Of a stretch of DNA of 18,460 nucleotides, positions 9,425-18,460 are shown piece after piece. Source of the DNA: Tubiluchus corallicola (taxonomy: Eukaryota; Animalia; Priapulida). The notes below the pieces were generated by a model, which saw only the letters and a program-made list of their open reading frames with translations, searched no databases and had not been told where the DNA came from. The stretch spans positions 1 to 18,460 of the forward strand of contig JAQGDQ010001992.1 of assembly GCA_030141605.1 (NCBI GenBank), written 5' to 3'. How positions within the stretch are numbered: position 1 is the stretch's first letter; each line of letters opens with the position of its first letter. A program made the position numbers and the translations under genes.

Positions 9425-10220
9425 CATCTAGGGTGCGCCACTCACTAACCAAAAACGTATTTTTAACCTTATTGACAAGATCCAGCAGTTTAACATTTCA
9501 CTTAGTGACGTGTATGCGGCGAATGTTCTGATTAATTTTTCAAACTTTACTCAATGTTATCTAAACTTGTTTCAAACGACCTACTATCAAAATGGCTGCG
9601 TCTAACGTTCATCGCGGGAGTTTAAATTTGCAAGTTTTATGCAGTGTTACTGTTAACGCAAGCTCAGTATGCAATAAGACAGCATGTAGGCGATGCAAAA
9701 TTGCAAAAAGGCAGTATGTAAGTGGTATAACATTTCAAGAGGAATTTTTTAAGCTTTGTGTAAGTGGAAGTGGAGGGTTTTCTTGTGCTTTAAGCGTCTG
9801 CATAGGATCGTTGTGTTGGTTATTAGCAGCATCCACTGCTGTTTTAAATTTCTTCCACGCGGCACAAAACAAACTGTGAAATTAGATCTTGCAACCCTAG
9901 CGTAGCATTTATTTTTCTACCACACCACAAACAGTTGACTTGAAAATACCACGCAGCATTAACAGACCACAAGCACTTGCCTTTCTCCGGTTTATATATA
10001 GTGTTCCCTTGCATCCTTTTACCTATATATGGTGTTCTACCTTCATTTTCTTTATTTTTATATACCACTTTTCTGAATTGATGAAGTGGTTATCAAAAAC
10101 AACAAAATAACGGCTATTATTGTGGTTAATCTTTTAGATAAATCTTTTTTTTTTGTTTTTCACTTAGTCAATTACAAATATTGTTTGTACTACATTATGA
10201 ACTAATACTTAATGAAACAG

Positions 10221-10450
10221 TTAGTGACTTGTGCGCTGCGAATGCTCTGATTATTTTTTCGAACTTTATTCAGTGCTACCGAAACTTATTTCAAATGACT
10301 TGTCGTTAAAATTGTTTGAATTTACTGCTTTTATACATCGTTACTGCAGACGCAAGCCCTGTGTGCAAAGAGGCAGTGTGTAAGCGGTGTAAAATTTCAA
10401 AACAAATTTCTTGCTCTTTATGCAAGTGGAGGGTTTTTTTGTGATTAAGT
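10221..10450 (+). repeat. Diverged direct copy of 9502-9795
   Basis: Shared colinear anchors TTAGTGAC, GCGAATG.TCTGATTA, AACTTTA, TTTCAAA.GAC, GTTACTG, ACGCAAGC, AGGCAGT.TGTAAG and AAGTGGAGGGTTTT. Confidence 0.75.
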
Positions 10451-10736
10451 TTTTCATTTATGTAGACTGGACAAAGTGAGAGTTTTTTTTCCTAGTCGGT
10501 GTCATTAGTTTATTAACCAAGGGTTCAAATGTCACAGTTAGTTGTTTGTACAAGGCGAGGCAGCGTTGACGTGACTGTATAAAATTATGACGGTATGTTT
10601 ACTTTTATTGTTTGTAGAACATAAAACTGATAAAAACAGCAAAGTTTAAAATACTTCATCTCGTCTGTAGTTACACCAGCCATTTAAACAAGTTCTCGAT
10701 CAGCAGAGAGGTCAGAAAATTTCATTAGCAAAAGAA

Positions 10737-11630
10737 ATGGCAACTTCATTAGACGAGCCGCAAACTCCAGCTGAAAAGGTTGATGCGATGGACAACTGGA
10801 ACGAGAGATATGATTATGTTTTTGGTAACGAAGATTTCCAGGAATTATGTGATGTAACTTTTTCAGTTGGTGAAATCATCATCAACGCTAGTCGGTACGT
10901 ACTTGCACTCAGAAGTGACGTTTTTAAAAGGATGCTGTTTGGGCCACTATGTCATAAACCTGGTGATGTCATACTAATAACCGATGTTGAACCTGACGTG
11001 TTCCTGCTGCTTTTGAGGTTTATTTATACTGACAAAGCTGAATTAACTGGTGATAATGTTCTTTCAATACTGTACTTAGCTAGAAAGTACAACATTCGTG
11101 AACTTGAAAAAATAGCTGCTGATTTCCTTAAATCTGAAATCACAACTGACAACGTCTGTACCATTCTGACAGCTGCTTGTTTCTATGAAAGGCGAGATGT
11201 AGAGATGAAGTGTCTGGAGGTCATTAGTGTCAAAACAGAAGCAGTTATAGAGTCCAACAGTTTTACTTCTTTGAGTTACGATAGCTTATTGAGGATTGTC
11301 AAACTTGATGAACTGACAATTAGTGAAGAGGGGAAACTATTTGATGCAGTTTTAAGATGGGCTGATGCTGAGTGCAAGCGAAAGAAACTAGAGCAAAATG
11401 TGTTCAACAAGAGAACAGTCTTGGGCGACATTTTGTTTAAAATTAGATTTCCCACAATGGATCCACAGTTATTCATCGAAGGACCGGTAGCAACTGGAAT
11501 ATTAAATGCCGAGGAGCAGGCAAACGTTCTAATCAATCATCATCAAAAAGAGGCATCAGAATCAATGTTTCCAAAAACACAGAGAAACTATGTAGAGAAA
11601 CAGAGAAGTCGTGTCAGTCATGTGTGCTGA
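10737..11630 (+). CDS. BTB/POZ plus BACK domain protein (BTBD1/2/3/6-like Cullin-3 adaptor N-terminal half), truncated by a frameshift
   Basis: BTB motifs CDVTFSVG, ASRYVLALRSDVFKRMLFGPL, ITDVEPDVFLLLLRFIYTD, ILYLARKYNI; BACK motifs EEGKLFDAVLRWADAEC, LGDILFKIRFPTM. No introns in the coding part. Confidence 0.85.
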   Translation: MATSLDEPQTPAEKVDAMDNWNERYDYVFGNEDFQELCDVTFSVGEIIINASRYVLALRSDVFKRMLFGPLCHKPGDVILITDVEPDVFLLLLRFIYTDKAELTGDNVLSILYLARKYNIRELEKIAADFLKSEITTDNVCTILTAACFYERRDVEMKCLEVISVKTEAVIESNSFTSLSYDSLLRIVKLDELTISEEGKLFDAVLRWADAECKRKKLEQNVFNKRTVLGDILFKIRFPTMDPQLFIEGPVATGILNAEEQANVLINHHQKEASESMFPKTQRNYVEKQRSRVSHVC

Positions 11631-12063
11631 ACCTGTTGATAAACTTGACAATTTAAGAATAAGAGAATGGGCATTTCCTGTATCAGAAAAGATTGGAATC
11701 ATTGGTGATGCTGATAAGCTCATCATCTCTCCTTTCAGGTGTGACAATTTAGAATGCTTCTATGCTGGAGATAACCATGCTGATGGCTGTTGCTTGAATT
11801 TAGTAGTTCGTCCCTCTTCTACTTCTACTTTCATCAGCATATGTAAGAACAGTTACATTGAATTGATTAACAATAATCCACGAAGGTCACTCAAAACTGT
11901 CCTAAACGAAGATATATCCAAAATATTCATGAATCCAAATTGTGCAGCGGGATTTTGCTGGAAAGCCACAATTATGGCACGCTTTAGAACCGTCATTGAC
12001 CCTGCTTCCGGGTTTGTTAATGATGGAAAAATTCGCATAAAAGTTAATGTGCTGCTTAGATAA
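11611..12063 (+). pseudogene. Out-of-frame C-terminal MATH/TRAF-like domain of the same gene (repaired gene 10737-12063, 438 aa)
   Basis: Removing 10 bp (AGAGAAACAG, 11594-11603) fuses the two ORFs as QRNYVEVVSVMC, matching paralog QRNYAEVVSVMC at ~12545. The end FRTVIDPASGFVNDGKIRIKVNV resembles the DPxxGFxxDxxIxIxVxV terminus of USP7/SPOP-type MATH domains. Confidence 0.7.
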
Positions 12064-12266
12064 TAAATTAAAAGGAAAACCATTTCATGAAGCTGATTCA
12101 CGATTACGATTGATGGTTTATAGACCATTCACTTTTTAAATCCCGTACATTGCCACCCATTTTGAAGAAGTAAGTTGATTTGTCATGATTGATTATGATC
12201 AGCATAACAATGTCGCAGAAACGCAAAAGTCGTGTCCGTCATGTATGCTGTACCTGCTGAGATAAT

Positions 12267-12987
12267 AACTTGATGAACTGACAATTACTGAAGAGGGGGA
12301 ACTATTTGATGCAGTTTTAAGATGGGCTGATGCTGAATGCAAGCGAAAGAACCTAGAGCAAAATGTGTTCAACAAGAGAACAGTCTTATGTGACATTTTG
12401 TTGCAGATCAGATTTCCCACAATGGATCCAGAGTTATTCATCAAAGGACCAGTAGCAACTGGAATACTAAATGCCGAGGAGCAAGAAAATATTCTCATAA
12501 ATTACCATCAAAAAGTGGCATCAGAATCAATATTTCCAAAAACGCAGAGAAACTACGCAGAAGTCGTGTCAGTCATGTGTGCTGTACCTGTTGAGATAAT
12601 TAATAATTTAAAAATAGGAGGATATATACTCTTCGTGTATCAGAAAAGATTGCAATCATTGGTGATTCTCGTGAGCTTGACATTTGGTTTCTCAGATGTG
12701 ATGACGCAGACTGTTCCAGTGCTGGAGATAAACGTGGTCAAGGCTGTTGCTTGAAGTTAGTAATTGATACATCTCCTTCTTCTAATTTACGTAGCGTATG
12801 TAAGAGCAGTTACGTTGAAAGGATTAACAATAATCCACAAAGGTCACTCATATCTATCCTAATGGAAGATACAAAGGAACGGCTGTTGAAAGTAAACATT
12901 AAACAGTTTAGCACCGTCATTGACCCTGCTTTCGGGTTTGTTAATGATGGAAAAATTCACATAAAAGTTAATGTGCTGCTTAGATAA
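12267..12987 (+). pseudogene. 5'-truncated paralog copy 2 (BACK C-half plus MATH-like domain, frameshifted)
   Basis: Aligns to 11302-12063; extra 2 bp in TATATA (12623-12628) shifts the frame; internal deletion before FSTVIDP. Confidence 0.88.
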
Positions 12988-13120
12988 TAAATAAAAAGGA
13001 AAACCATTTCATGAAGCTGATTCACAATTACGATTGGTGGTTTATAGACCAATAACTTTTTAAACCCCGTACATTGCCGCATATTTTGAAGAAGTAAGTC
13101 GATTTGTCATGATTGATTAT

Positions 13121-13600
13121 GATCCAGAATTGTTCATCAAAGGTCCCGTAGTGACTGGAATGTTAAATGACAAGGAGCAACTGAATGTTTGCATCAATCA
13201 TATTTAAGAGACTCCCAAATCAATATTTCGTAAAAAGAAAAAAACTGCATTGAAATCGTATTTGTCATATGTACTGAACCTGTTAAAAACACTAATAATT
13301 TTATGAATAAGATATCAGAAAATTTGCAGTCATTGGTTAGCGTAAAGAGCTCGACACTAATGTTTTCTGGTGTGATGAACTATGCTCCAATACTGGATAT
13401 AACTATTGTGTAAACTGCTGCTTGAAATTACAAGTTTTACTTTTCGCTTTTACTTCTACGTCTGACAGCACATGTAAGAACAGATGGATTGAAGTGACTA
13501 ACAATGATCCACGAAAGTCACTCAGAACATTTTCAAACAAAGACAAGTTCAGAAGAAGTGAAAAGTTTTTGGTGGTATCAGAATAATATTGCAGAGCTTC
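13121..13600 (+). pseudogene. Highly degenerate paralog copy 3
   Basis: Reads DPELFIKGPVVTGMLNDKEQLNVCINHI* and later CCLKL and TCKNRWIEVTNNDPRKSLRT, with stops and frameshifts. Confidence 0.8.
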
Positions 13601-13631
13601 TGATCAGCATAACAATGTCGCAGAAACGCAA

Positions 13632-14061
13632 AAGTCGTGTCCGTCATGTATGCTGTACCTGTTGAGATAATAAATAATTTAAAAATAGGAGGATATATAC
13701 TCTTCGTGTATCAGAAAAGATTGCAATCATTGGCGATTCTCGTGAGCTTGACATTTGGTTTCTCAGATGTGATGACGCAGACTGCTCCAGTGCTGGAGAT
13801 AAACGTGGTCAAGGCTGTTGCTTGAAGTTAGTAATTGATACATCTCCTTCTTCTAATTTACGTAGCGTATGTAAGAACAGTTACGTTGAAAGGATTAACA
13901 ATAATCCACAAAGGTCACTCATATCTATCCTAATGGAAGATACAAAGGAACGGCTGTTGAAAGTAAACATTAAACAGTTTAGCACCGTCATGGACCCTGC
14001 TTTCGGGTTTATTCATGATGGAAAAATTCGCATAAAAGTTAAGATGTTGTTTAGAAAATGA
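13632..14061 (+). pseudogene. Paralog copy 4 (MATH-like domain only, frameshifted)
   Basis: Nearly identical to ~12560-12935, with the same TATATA frameshift (13694-13699) and the same deletion; different last codons. Confidence 0.88.
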
Positions 14062-14207
14062 ATTGAAAGGAATATCATTTTTTGAAACTGATGCTTTCAC
14101 GATTACGATTGATTGTTTATAGACCAATAAATTTTTGCATCCGGTACATTGCCACATATTTTGAAGAAGTAAGTCGATTTGTCATGATTGATTATGATCA
14201 GCATAAC

Positions 14208-14310
14208 ATCAATATTTCCAAAAACGCAGAGAAACTATGCAGAAGTTGTGTCAGTCGTGTCACTCATGTGTGCTGAACCTGTTGCGAAAATTGATTATTT
14301 AGAAATAAGA
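14208..14310 (+). pseudogene. Paralog fragment 5 (BACK-MATH linker)
   Basis: SIFPKTQRNYAEVVSVVSLMCAEPVAKIDYLEIR, with a 9-bp duplication; runs into an (AAT)n-like tract. Confidence 0.8.
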
Positions 14311-14751
14311 ATAGGAATAATATTAATAATGATAATAATAATTGATCAGATTCGTTATGATCATTGTAACAATGCCACATGCAAGCTGTATTGTATGATT
14401 TCGTCAACATTTTCACATTGGCATAAGAATTGTATCTATCTCACGTGCTGAACCTATTGAAACAATTATAATGACAATTGTTAATACTTGTCACCATCTC
14501 GTCGTGTTGGAGCTCATTTCTTCCATGACTCACAGTCCCAGGCCACGACTACGGAATGACAGTAGAAGCGATTAGCAAGGGACAATAATGTCGATATTGT
14601 GAAAGCACCTGTAGAGTTTTTTAACATACGAACCTTTCGTGAGCGTGATGGCCTAATTTTAACAATGACTTGTTAGCTAATCCAGTTCCCTGAGTTATAT
14701 TATAGAGCTTATGTAATAACCAAGTTAGCTGCAAACACAGTATTATGCTAA

Positions 14752-14852
14752 CCAACCTACTCGTGTGCGAGTGAGATGTTGAGTAGCCAACCTACTCGTG
14801 TGTGAATGAGATGTTGACTAGCCAACCTACTCGTGTGTCAGTGACATGTTGA
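14752..14852. repeat. 3 x 35-bp tandem repeat
   Basis: CCAACCTACTCGTGTG starts at 14752, 14787 and 14822. Confidence 0.9.
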
Positions 14853-15210
14853 TATAAAATTATGGACAAATTATGGAAGATTTAAAGGAAAACCGGATGA
14901 TGATTTAGACTCATTTTTATTTGCTGTGCAAAATATACATTTTCTTGCCTACAAAACTTAGCAATTGTTTCTTTTATTTGAATAATTAGCTTAGAAAGTT
15001 AATTAATTTCAACCGAACACAGCAATTGCTTACGTCAGAAACTAACCACAGTTTGCGTATCTTCCCGTGCGCATCAAGCACTTTTGTGTGAGTGTTACTG
15101 CTTAAAGGTGTGATGACACGAAAATGGGATCTACGTCATATAACGTCAGAAACTAACTCTACAGTCCCTGATCATGGTTATCACAGTACCACCTTCTATT
15201 TGTCGGCCGT

Positions 15211-15349
15211 TGCTGTTTGGGCCGCTGTGTCATAAACCTAGTGATGTCATACTAATAACGGATGTTGAACCTGAAGTGTTCCTGCTGCTTTTGAGGTTGA
15301 TTTATACTGACAAAGCTGAATTAACTGGTGATAATGTTATTTCGGTACT
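15211..15349 (+). pseudogene. Isolated 139-bp BTB-domain fragment
   Basis: Ungapped match to 10933-11071 (LFGPLCHKPSDVILITDVEPEVFLLLLRLIYTDKAELTGDNV); flanks unrelated. Confidence 0.88.
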
Positions 15350-15562
15350 TTGCTCATCAAAGGACGACACCCCCCAACCTGATCTTTTATTCGAAGGACG
15401 AACATCATCATTTAATCAGTTGAATAGTGCATTAACATCATTTTTGTATTTAACGATTTTTCATTGTGTACGTAATTGAATTTTTTGCATACACCCATAT
15501 TGTAAACATTTCCATAGAATGTCAATTATGCATTGTGAACAGCAAGTATCACAGGTAACAAC

Positions 15563-16094
15563 CTGTAGCGGATAGCCCTATAGGCTGAATAGGCTGAAGC
15601 CTAAGGCCCGGGATCAAAAGGGGCCCGGCAAAATAAAACGAAAAATTTTTTTTTGTAAAAAAAAATAAATTGACAAAAGAGCAAGGGGCCCGCCAAAATG
15701 AAATATAGAAAAAAGTTTTTTTTTCAAAAGTCAGTCACTATATATCAAATCGGGTTTACACAAATCAAGTTTACACAATTTAAGTTTACACAAATCAAGT
15801 TTACACAATTCAAGTTTACACAATTTAAGTTTACACAATTCACGTTTACACAGTTTAAGTTCAAAATTTCAGTTTCCGAAATTTTCTGGGGGCAAAGTCA
15901 GTTATAATTTCTGAAAAGTCCATTTTTTTTCAACATATCTGACTCAATATGCATCAGCGATAAATTGTTTAATTTGTCATCCTTTACAAACAACGAGAGC
16001 TCCCCAAAAACACGTCAGCTCAGCAGTGTAGCAACATTTAAAAGGCCCGTTCCAAGCTCAAGCCTAAGGCCGATAAAATCATAATCCGCCGCTG
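15563..16094. mobile_element. Non-autonomous hAT-type DNA transposon (MITE), 532 bp
   Basis: 8-bp TSD GTAACAAC at 15555-15562 and 16095-16102; imperfect TIRs CTGTAGCGGAT / ATCCGCCGCTG (8/11); subterminal AGCCTAAGGCC and GGGCCC motifs. Confidence 0.82.
15754..15858. repeat. 7 x 15-bp tandem repeat (GTTTACACAAWTYAA) inside the MITE
   Basis: GTTTACACA recurs every 15 bp from 15754 to 15844. Confidence 0.92.
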
Positions 16095-16147
16095 GTAACA
16101 ACGCCAGTTTTGTTGCTTAGAATGGATCAGTCGGAAGCCACGCCAGG

Positions 16148-16214
16148 TATAAAAGCCCGTGACAAGCGAGGTACAGTCTCCTTTGCTGACCACTTTGTCT
16201 GAGCGACTGTAAGT
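16148..16214 (+). promoter_or_regulatory. Candidate Pol II core promoter and short first exon (TATA, Inr-like, splice donor)
   Basis: TATAAAAG at 16148-16155 in a GC-richer patch, ACAGTC with its central A at 16175 (27 bp downstream), then GTAAGT at 16209-16214 followed by AT-rich sequence. Confidence 0.45.
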
Positions 16215-16398
16215 ATCGCACCTTCCCTTTTTTGTAGTGTGAAGTGTCAATATTATTATTTTACTGCGTGAATTATTATTGTCATTTGCGTTTTTTACTT
16301 GAATAATGTTATTTAGAAGACTCGAGTGTAAGTATTTTATACTATTATTACTGACTGATGTTATTCGTAAAAACTTGTGAGGTAAGAAAATATTTTTA

Positions 16399-17432
16399 AA
16401 ACTTCCAACATGGCGGACGCAGGCAACTACGTGGCATAAATTTGTAAACTTCCAACATGGCGGACACAGGCAACTACGTGGCATAAATTTGTAAACTTCC
16501 AACATGGCGGACACAGGCAACTACGTGGCATAAATTTGTAAACTTCCAACATGGCGGACACAGGCAACTACGTGGCATAAATTTGTAAACTTCCAACATG
16601 GCGGACACAGGCAGCTACGTGGCATAAATTTGTAAACTTCCAACATGGCGGACACAGGCAACTACGTGGCATAAATTTGTAAACTTCCAACATGGCGGAC
16701 GCAGGCAACTACGTGGCATAAATTTGTAAACTTCCAACATGGCGGACACAGGCAACTACGTGGCATAAATTTGTAAACTTCCAACATGGCGGACACAGGC
16801 AACTACGTGGCATAAATTTGTAAACTTCCAACATGGCGGACACAGGCAGCTACGTGGCATAAATTTGTAAACTTCCAACATGGCGGACGCAGGCAACTAC
16901 GTGGCATAAATTTGTAAACTTCCAGCATTGCGGACGCAGGCAACTACGTGGCATAAATTTGTAAGCTTCCAACATGGCGGACACAGGCAACTACGTGGCA
17001 TAAATTTGTAAACTTCCAACATGGCGGACACAGGCAACTACGTGGCATAAATTTGTAAACTTACAACATGGCGGACACAGGCAACTACGTGGCATAAATT
17101 TGTAAACTTCCAACATGGCGGACACAGGCAACTACGTGGCATAAATTTGTAAACTTCCAACATGGCGGACACAGGCAACTACGTGGCATAAATTTGTAAA
17201 CTTCCAACATGGCGGACACAGGCAACTACGTGGCATAAATTTGTAAACTTCCAACATGGCGGACACAGGCAACTACGTGGCATAAATTTGTAAACTTCCA
17301 ACATGGCGGACACAGGCAGCTACGTGGCATAAATTTGTAAACTTCCAACATGGCGGACACAGGCAGCTACGTGGCATAAATTTGTAAACTTCCAACATGG
17401 CGGACACAGGCAACTACATGGCATAAATTTGT
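16399..17432. repeat. Minisatellite, 22 x 47 bp (AAACTTCCAACATGGCGGACACAGGCAACTACGTGGCATAAATTTGT)
   Basis: 1,034 bp = 22 x 47; substitutions only, no indels seen. Confidence 0.97.
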
Positions 17433-17616
17433 GATGTCATTTTGGGTGTTTATTAAATGAATCACAGCGACTTTAACCGTGAATACAACGATTTTTTACT
17501 TTTCTTCCCGCGTGTAGTATGTTCAAACTATTGCAGGTGTGTGTGTGATTCGGTATCCCTTTGTCACGGACTCCCGTGATTGAGTTCTACTCTGCTGTTA
17601 GACATTTTATTTACAG

Positions 17617-18118
17617 CAGGGGTGTGCAAATTGTCTGACTAGCCGGGCCACATTAAACTTTTCCGCAACTCCTACCGGCCACATGCAGTTTGATCAAGGA
17701 GCCAAGTACAAAAAGACCTAATAACGATTTTTTTTTGCATCCAACCTGCGTACATCATTACTACTACACTCAAGAAACTATTTTAGAAGTTATTAAAATT
17801 TATATTACAAACCATATATTTCTACTTTCAGGACAGATAGTGGTAATTTCAGTACAATGCATTTTAGTAATATGTATCACACAGTCTGTGTAGTACAGTG
17901 TTATTAAGCTACAACCGTCTTGTAAGGGTTAATGGCATCCGATCTAGTAGAAAAAACTACCCGCACTATCTTTGGGATCGTGGCATGGACTTCAGCTGGA
18001 TACACTCAATTAATCGCCCGGGCCGCACTTTCATTAGGTTGACAAATCTCTTCGCGGGCCGCACAAATTCTCTCGGCGGGCCGCAAGTGGCCCGCGGGCC
18101 GCAATTTGCACAGCCCTG
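17617..18118. mobile_element. Non-autonomous hAT (Charlie-like) MITE, 502 bp
   Basis: 17-bp TIRs CAGGGGTGTGCAAATTG / CAATTTGCACAGCCCTG (16/17); 8-bp TSD ATTTACAG at 17609-17616 and 18119-18126, fitting the NTNTANAN Charlie preference; several subterminal GGGCCG motifs. Confidence 0.93.
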
Positions 18119-18460
18119 ATTTACAGCATTGAAAACTAGTTTATTCCGGTTTCTACAACCTTTGAAAATCTACCTAGAGTCGTTCAATTAGGTTAACCTT
18201 GAATTATTTATACGGGCTTCATTCTAAAGTTACAAATTTCTTCGTCAGCCTTGTGCAGGTGACCATTTGACCTTGCTATTCTTACAAGCAAACGTCATAA
18301 CATCATAATTCGTTATTTTTTCCTCTTTTCAATAGCTTTTTTATAGTTATGTGCTGATTTGCGCGTTATATATCTAGGATTGGTACTCTGTGTTGTATTA
18401 ATTATGTATTAACACAACAACTGATTGTGTTAACTATGTGAAAGTGAATAATTATCTATC

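Noticed and set aside
9592-10068. ORFs 9592-9879 (+) and 9844-10068 (-)
   Set aside because: No recognisable motifs; the first starts within a YY1-like motif and its duplicate at 10221-10450 has lost the start region.
10737-11630. Assigning a gene symbol such as BTBD2, BTBD3 or BTBD6
   Set aside because: No PHR domain and the sequence is divergent; orthology cannot be supported.
15698-16520. ORFs with FTQFK or CPPCWKF repeats
   Set aside because: Translations of the 15-bp and 47-bp tandem repeats; the 47-bp period is not a multiple of 3.
16399-17432. CRISPR array
   Set aside because: Units are wholly repeated with no unique spacers, there are no cas genes and the context is eukaryotic.

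Overview
AT-rich eukaryotic (probably invertebrate animal) genomic DNA with spliceosomal introns and many repeats; no prokaryotic features. Two loci dominate. (1) A predicted secreted, Cys-free protein of about 1,304 aa built from ~19 near-identical 52/55-aa units (exons 1516-5324 and 6157-6262); I do not recognise the family. (2) An intronless BTB-BACK-MATH-like gene (10737-12063) split by a 10-bp insertion, followed by a head-to-tail mosaic of truncated paralog fragments whose MATH-like part is much more diverged than its flanks. Also present: a 5'-truncated CR1-like LINE with a 15-bp TSD, a second LINE-like 3' tail, two hAT-type MITEs with 8-bp TSDs, a 176-bp inverted repeat pair, duplicated promoter-like blocks, a 22 x 47-bp minisatellite, and a candidate TATA/Inr promoter for a downstream gene. 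All identities are hand-counted and all domain calls are from motif recognition, not database searches.
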